In this document: positions 59,332 to 64,000 of the stretch, piece after piece | Position numbering within the stretch: the first letter of the stretch is position 1 | Layout: each line of letters begins with the position of its first letter | Origin: Patescibacteria group bacterium | GTDB lineage: Bacteria; Patescibacteriota; Kazan-3B-28; UBA10110 | DNA: 64,000 bases | Direction of reading: 5' to 3' | Assembly (NCBI GenBank): GCA_016936175.1 | Contig: JAFGPN010000015.1 | Span: 16,636-80,635, forward strand | The notes under the pieces: model-generated | The model's database searches: none | What the model was told of the DNA's origin: nothing | The model's input: the letters and a program-made list of their open reading frames with translations, nothing else | Program-made: the position numbers and the translations under genes

Positions 59332-59793
59332 CTAGGCCCGATTTTGCTTCAGATATTCCAGGACTTTGGCTAACACATGCCTGGCCGCCGGAAAAGTGAT
59401 GAGTTTACGAGCCTGCTGGGCTGTTACCCACCGATAATCCTTTAGCTCTGATTTTAATATTTGGACTGACGGCTCCCCTACCCAGCCTAGAAAATATTTA
59501 ACAGTTTTATTAATAATCTCTCCCTCCAGACCAGAGGCCTCTCCGGGCCGGTGGCCCCGGTCGCGACCCTTAAATTGATAGCTTTCACTTGCTTGCCAAT
59601 CTGGCACTAGCTCAACGGCCGTGATGCCAGTTTCTTCGCGCAGTTCTCTTAAGGCCGATTCAACCTCTGTCTCACCAGCTTCTGGGTGGCCTTTTGGAAA
59701 AGACCAGTGCCCCACATTGTGACGTACTAGTAAAAACTTTATTTCTTTACCATCCCGATAAATAGGTACTACCCCAAACGAGCGCTGTTCCAT
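59332..59793 (-). CDS. NUDIX hydrolase (Ap4A hydrolase-like)
   Basis: HWSFPKGH...ALRELREETG. Confidence 0.9.
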   Translation of the reverse strand: MEQRSFGVVPIYRDGKEIKFLLVRHNVGHWSFPKGHPEAGETEVESALRELREETGITAVELVPDWQASESYQFKGRDRGHRPGEASGLEGEIINKTVKYFLGWVGEPSVQILKSELKDYRWVTAQQARKLITFPAARHVLAKVLEYLKQNRA

Positions 59794-59819
59794 AAACCCA
59801 TTTTCTCACAACAATGGGA

Positions 59820-60704
59820 TTACTTGCGGTATTGGACCAATCTTTCGCGAAGTATCAGGATAAACCGTTCGTCCATAATGTAGCCCATCGCGGCCAGAAT
59901 CAGGATGGCCCAGAGCGGCCAAACTACGCTGGTAGCAGTACCACCGGTTGATGGCGGGATAAGAATTTGAGCGGTTTCGATGGCCGGTGGTTCCGGTAGC
60001 CCTAAGTCCGCCCCGGTCGATAAATCGTTAATTACAGAGATAAGCGGCTTGGATTGAGCCGGGGTATCTACCGACGTGGATTCAAATGCACCGGCCACCT
60101 TTTCAACCACCGACGTAGCCACCGAAGTTATCTGACTAATTTCTTTTACTGTTTGGGTGGCCTCGACACCAAAATGTTGAACAATAAACAAAGTCTCTCG
60201 ATTTTCGTACCAACCCAGAGCCATACCAACACCGATATCGGTAAACTTAATCTCGGTTAAATTCTTGTAGTGAGTGGGGCTAGCAATCCAAGCGTTCATT
60301 AATCGATTGATATCGTTGTATCCTTTGGCGATATTTTCGCCGGCCAGTGAATAAACATAGCTTTGGGGACTAATCCAATAGCCCATCCGATTACCGTTGG
60401 CATCGGCGTGCGCAAAGTATCCCTTGGTAGCCATGTCGGCAGCTTTGGCGGCGGCTGAGCGCATCAAGCGACCGTCTGTGTTAAGAGCTGGCAAGCCAAT
60501 TTCGGCTCGCACCTGGTTAGTCCGACCAATAATGGTGGCTTCTTGTCCAATCAGATCGTTAGCAAACGCCGGCGCAGCTCCGCCGATTAAGGCAATCGAG
60601 AAAAAGTACGCCAAAACAACGACCTTGACCGTTGTCCGCGCTATTCCCCACCCGTCATTCCCGCGCAGGCGGGAATCTATTTTTACTTTGTTTTTGTTTT
60701 TCAC
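59820..60704 (-). CDS. CAP (SCP) domain protein with C-terminal TM; start uncertain
   Basis: KAADMA..GYFAH, AGENIA, WIASPTHYKN, VQHFG. Confidence 0.88.
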   Translation of the reverse strand: MKNKNKVKIDSRLRGNDGWGIARTTVKVVVLAYFFSIALIGGAAPAFANDLIGQEATIIGRTNQVRAEIGLPALNTDGRLMRSAAAKAADMATKGYFAHADANGNRMGYWISPQSYVYSLAGENIAKGYNDINRLMNAWIASPTHYKNLTEIKFTDIGVGMALGWYENRETLFIVQHFGVEATQTVKEISQITSVATSVVEKVAGAFESTSVDTPAQSKPLISVINDLSTGADLGLPEPPAIETAQILIPPSTGGTATSVVWPLWAILILAAMGYIMDERFILILRERLVQYRK

Positions 60705-60832
60705 TTTTTACCGCTTGCAGGTTAGTTTTTACCTGTTTTTTTATTATAACATACTTATATCTTTTTGTCAATAATAACCAAGACCCCCGATTGCTCGGGG
60801 GCCTTAGATATTTTAGTTTGTGTTAAACGATT

Positions 60833-63800
60833 TTATTCTTCGAACTCACTTTGCTTGCGACGGTAAGTGAATGAGGTGGCCAGTAAACTAACTAAGGCCG
60901 CCAAGCTCATCACGATAAAGGTCGGGGTACCAGCGGCTGGTAGTTGTTCTCCACCGACCGCTTCGTTAACCGGCTCATTGAGCGCTAATGCCGGATTAGT
61001 CTGTTGTTCACCACCAACCTCTTCGTTACTGCCAGTAGGAGGAGTGTAGTATCCCCCACCGCCACCTCCGCCGCCGCCAGTGGGGCCGCCGGGTTCACCC
61101 TGAGTTTCTGGCCCACCGGGTTGCCAGTTACCAAAGTCGATATCCACCCAATCCCATTCACCTTCGCCGTCACCGACGGGTAGGCTGTAAGCCACAGGCG
61201 CGCCGGTTATATCGTGCGGGAAGGTTTGACTCCAGGTGCTTTGTGGTACTTCGCGGACAACATAGGTATCGGCGGGCAGTCCAGCGAAATTATAGGAACC
61301 GTCTCCTTCTGTTTCGTAGAATGGCTCTTGAACATCTAAGTCGCCGTCGTTATTCAAGTCCAGGTAAATCGTCCAGCCGGATAGGCCTCCGTCTTCGCTA
61401 TCTTTTTCGCCATTGCCGTTGTGATCGTGGAATTTGATACCGGCGATAGAACCGGTTGGTTCGGGCTCATCTTCCTCTTCGATTGAGCGGTTACCAAAGT
61501 CTAACCCATCGGTCAAACCGTCGGCCGAAGCTTCGTGATAACCTTCGGGCATCGGGTAGGTTTGCACCCAACCATCTTGGGTTTCTTCTGCCACCACTAC
61601 GTCACCGGTAATTTCGGCAGGAATCTCTAACTCGTAGTTGCCATCGGAGTCGGTAATGGCAGTATCTATTACATTGTAGATCTTAACGTTTAACGAGCCA
61701 GAGTTGTTGTAGGCATAGATGTCGTGAATGTGGAATTCGTAGGTCATTCCATCGCCCACCAATGTGTGCCAATAGACGTGGCTCGGGTTGTAAGAACCCC
61801 AAAGACTAAAGTTGTTGCGAATCCAGAGATCGAGCAACTTAACGCCATATCCGCCGTAACCGTGTACATCGTCAGTCCAGGCATCTGGGTCCGGGGCAAA
61901 CGACCGCTTAGAATATTGAGCATCAGCGGTAATGCCGTCACCTGCTTCGAATGTGCCTTCTGCGCGAATAATATACTTTTGTCCGCTCTCTAAAACCTTA
62001 TTAGTAAAGAACGAAGCGCCGTCTTCGGCATCGTTTTGAGCCTCTACATCCAACTCGTCATACAGTTGCCCGGCGTAGATGGTCCAGCCTGCGAGGCCTT
62101 CATCACCTTCGTCTTTGTCGCCCATACCGTCGTGGTCGTTAAACTTCATGCCAGTAATTGTGCCCGGAATGTCTTCGCCGTGGTTACCAAAATCTAGACC
62201 GGTCAATTCGCTTTGACCAATAACAACATCGTAGTAGACGGTTTGCGGGAAGGTTTGTGTCCAAGTGCGCTGGGGAATCTCAAACACTAATACGTGCCCA
62301 ACATCTATAGGGATAGTAAGCTCGTAGTCACCATTAACATCGGTGGTACCCACGTCTACCACGCGGTAGATCGTTACAGTTAGCTCACCGTTGTTATCGC
62401 CATACCAGCCAGGGTTTTTGATTGGAGGATTACCATCAAAGACAGAGAAATTAATGGGACCATCCTCGGCTAACTCGTAGTTGAGATAGTAGATATGTTC
62501 TCCGCTATATGGGCCCCAATCGACAAACGCATCATCAACCATTAGATCAGCTTGATCTGCGCCTAAATCATTTCCGTCCGTGTGAGTATTCCATCCATCA
62601 CTGGTGAAGTACTCGGCATCGCGAAGATTACCATCCCCGGGCTTATTAATGTTGTTATCCCACTGTCCCTCAACAATTAGCAAGTAATCGTCATCCGGTA
62701 ACACATCGGAATCAGCACCAGTCATCTCGTCTGAAGGCACGATAACAACATCCACTGGTTCGGGATCAACCGCTTTAATAACCCAACCTTCGAGTCCTTC
62801 GTCACCTTCGTCTTTATCGCCCATACCATCGTGGTCGTTAAATTTCATGCCGGTGATAGTAGTTTCAGAGGAAACGTTAAATGCGACTGCGTAGTAAGTT
62901 TGGCCCACTTCAATTCCTTCGATCCGATCGTAGTTATCGTAGTTAAGTACATCGGTAGTGGCATAAACCTCAGCCGAGAACTCGTCATCTGCGGTCGGGA
63001 CATTTGAGCCGTTAGAGAGCCAACCACTAAACGGGATATATCCTTCTTGCGGTATCTCACGGAACCAAAGATAGTTGCTGTTACCGATATCTCCAGCTGT
63101 GAGGGTAATAGTTGTTTCCCCGTTTGCATCGGTGGCTGGAAGGGTGTGCCAACTACCAGCTTCGCCAGTATTGTCGCCGGGGTTTGAGGTGCCTTCTGGC
63201 GCCCACTGGAACTGCCAATCCGGGACTAACCTACAACCCTGATGGCTATCAACAAAATCTTGGGCAGTATTTCCATCGATGCCGCCCGCCGGATAACCTT
63301 CTCCATCACCATCGCCCCAGTTGGGGAGAAGATCTTCGGAATCACAGACGATCTTACTGGCAATAATGGTTACCTTTGGCTCTTCTGGCACCGGACAGGC
63401 GGCGTTGTACGGCAGAACTTGTAATCCTTGGTCTTCGAAGGCAAAACTCATCCACGACTGGACGGTGTGCCGTTCGGCAAAGAAGACATCGACGATGTGA
63501 GTGCCGACGGTCAGATGCATAGAGCCATCATTCTCAGTTGGCTGATGAATGCCCGAATTATCTTTTACTAATCCGCCGTTGAGATAAACCCAAGCATCGT
63601 CATCTGATTTCAGAGTAAAGTCGTAATCCCCTTCTGTGCTAATGGTGACTTTGCCGCTCCAGTGAATACCGAAGTGGTAATTGTGACCCGATCCCACAGG
63701 ATCCGTGCCCAACCCGTCTAACGGGAAGAAGTTATCTCCAAAATTAAGATCGGGGTCAACTTGGGATTGGACAAGATATTGGGAATCGTACCAATCGGTA

Positions 63801-64000
63801 TCCCAAGTGCCACTCAATGGATCACCATGGCTGTCGTCCGGCCATTCATTCTGAGGCAGATTCATATCCAGATGAGTAGCGTCGTAGTTGTAGTACTGAC
63901 CAAACCAGCCAGTTTGGTCACCGAAGTCACACTCATCTTCTTCCTCTTCTAAAACATTAAATCCAACGGCGTAGTAGGTATGGCCCGGTTGGATTCCATC
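60833..64000 (-). CDS. Large surface protein: PA14 domain, SdrD-B-like repeats, LPxxG sorting signal; 5' end outside the window
   Basis: SDDDAWVYL PA14; G(M/I)KF.D repeats; LPAAG-TM-RRK tail; frame open to the window edge. Confidence 0.85.
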   Translation of the reverse strand, partial: DGIQPGHTYYAVGFNVLEEEEDECDFGDQTGWFGQYYNYDATHLDMNLPQNEWPDDSHGDPLSGTWDTDWYDSQYLVQSQVDPDLNFGDNFFPLDGLGTDPVGSGHNYHFGIHWSGKVTISTEGDYDFTLKSDDDAWVYLNGGLVKDNSGIHQPTENDGSMHLTVGTHIVDVFFAERHTVQSWMSFAFEDQGLQVLPYNAACPVPEEPKVTIIASKIVCDSEDLLPNWGDGDGEGYPAGGIDGNTAQDFVDSHQGCRLVPDWQFQWAPEGTSNPGDNTGEAGSWHTLPATDANGETTITLTAGDIGNSNYLWFREIPQEGYIPFSGWLSNGSNVPTADDEFSAEVYATTDVLNYDNYDRIEGIEVGQTYYAVAFNVSSETTITGMKFNDHDGMGDKDEGDEGLEGWVIKAVDPEPVDVVIVPSDEMTGADSDVLPDDDYLLIVEGQWDNNINKPGDGNLRDAEYFTSDGWNTHTDGNDLGADQADLMVDDAFVDWGPYSGEHIYYLNYELAEDGPINFSVFDGNPPIKNPGWYGDNNGELTVTIYRVVDVGTTDVNGDYELTIPIDVGHVLVFEIPQRTWTQTFPQTVYYDVVIGQSELTGLDFGNHGEDIPGTITGMKFNDHDGMGDKDEGDEGLAGWTIYAGQLYDELDVEAQNDAEDGASFFTNKVLESGQKYIIRAEGTFEAGDGITADAQYSKRSFAPDPDAWTDDVHGYGGYGVKLLDLWIRNNFSLWGSYNPSHVYWHTLVGDGMTYEFHIHDIYAYNNSGSLNVKIYNVIDTAITDSDGNYELEIPAEITGDVVVAEETQDGWVQTYPMPEGYHEASADGLTDGLDFGNRSIEEEDEPEPTGSIAGIKFHDHNGNGEKDSEDGGLSGWTIYLDLNNDGDLDVQEPFYETEGDGSYNFAGLPADTYVVREVPQSTWSQTFPHDITGAPVAYSLPVGDGEGEWDWVDIDFGNWQPGGPETQGEPGGPTGGGGGGGGGYYTPPTGSNEEVGGEQQTNPALALNEPVNEAVGGEQLPAAGTPTFIVMSLAALVSLLATSFTYRRKQSEFEE

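Overview
Bacterial chromosome segment, genetic code 11. Gene content (paired VirB4/TraG-like ATPases, sigma70-r4/HARE-HTH protein, short AspRS with gatCAB, PGI/PMI, many short palindromic repeats) suggests a Patescibacteria/CPR genome; this is an inference. The left end holds a complete diversity-generating retroelement (DGR): target gene with VR (780-899), post-VR hairpin, TR (1200-1319, 15 differences from VR, all at TR adenines), avd on the minus strand and RT on the plus strand. The main find is that avd and RT overlap head-to-head across one G9/C9 tract (1709-1717). Both are out of frame as written, and losing one G restores both, which suggests a shared phase-variation switch. The second find is a His-rich leader peptide whose stop codon sits in a terminator loop upstream of hutH, implying inverted (His-inducible) attenuation, next to an atypical tRNA-His (no G-1, A73) and a matching type of HisRS. 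Also present: scattered and partly decaying purine/pyrimidine genes (purF amber stop, internally deleted purH), a cobalamin riboswitch ahead of an unknown gene, a candidate ncRNA, and palindromic elements inserted in frame into RT, uvrC and other genes.
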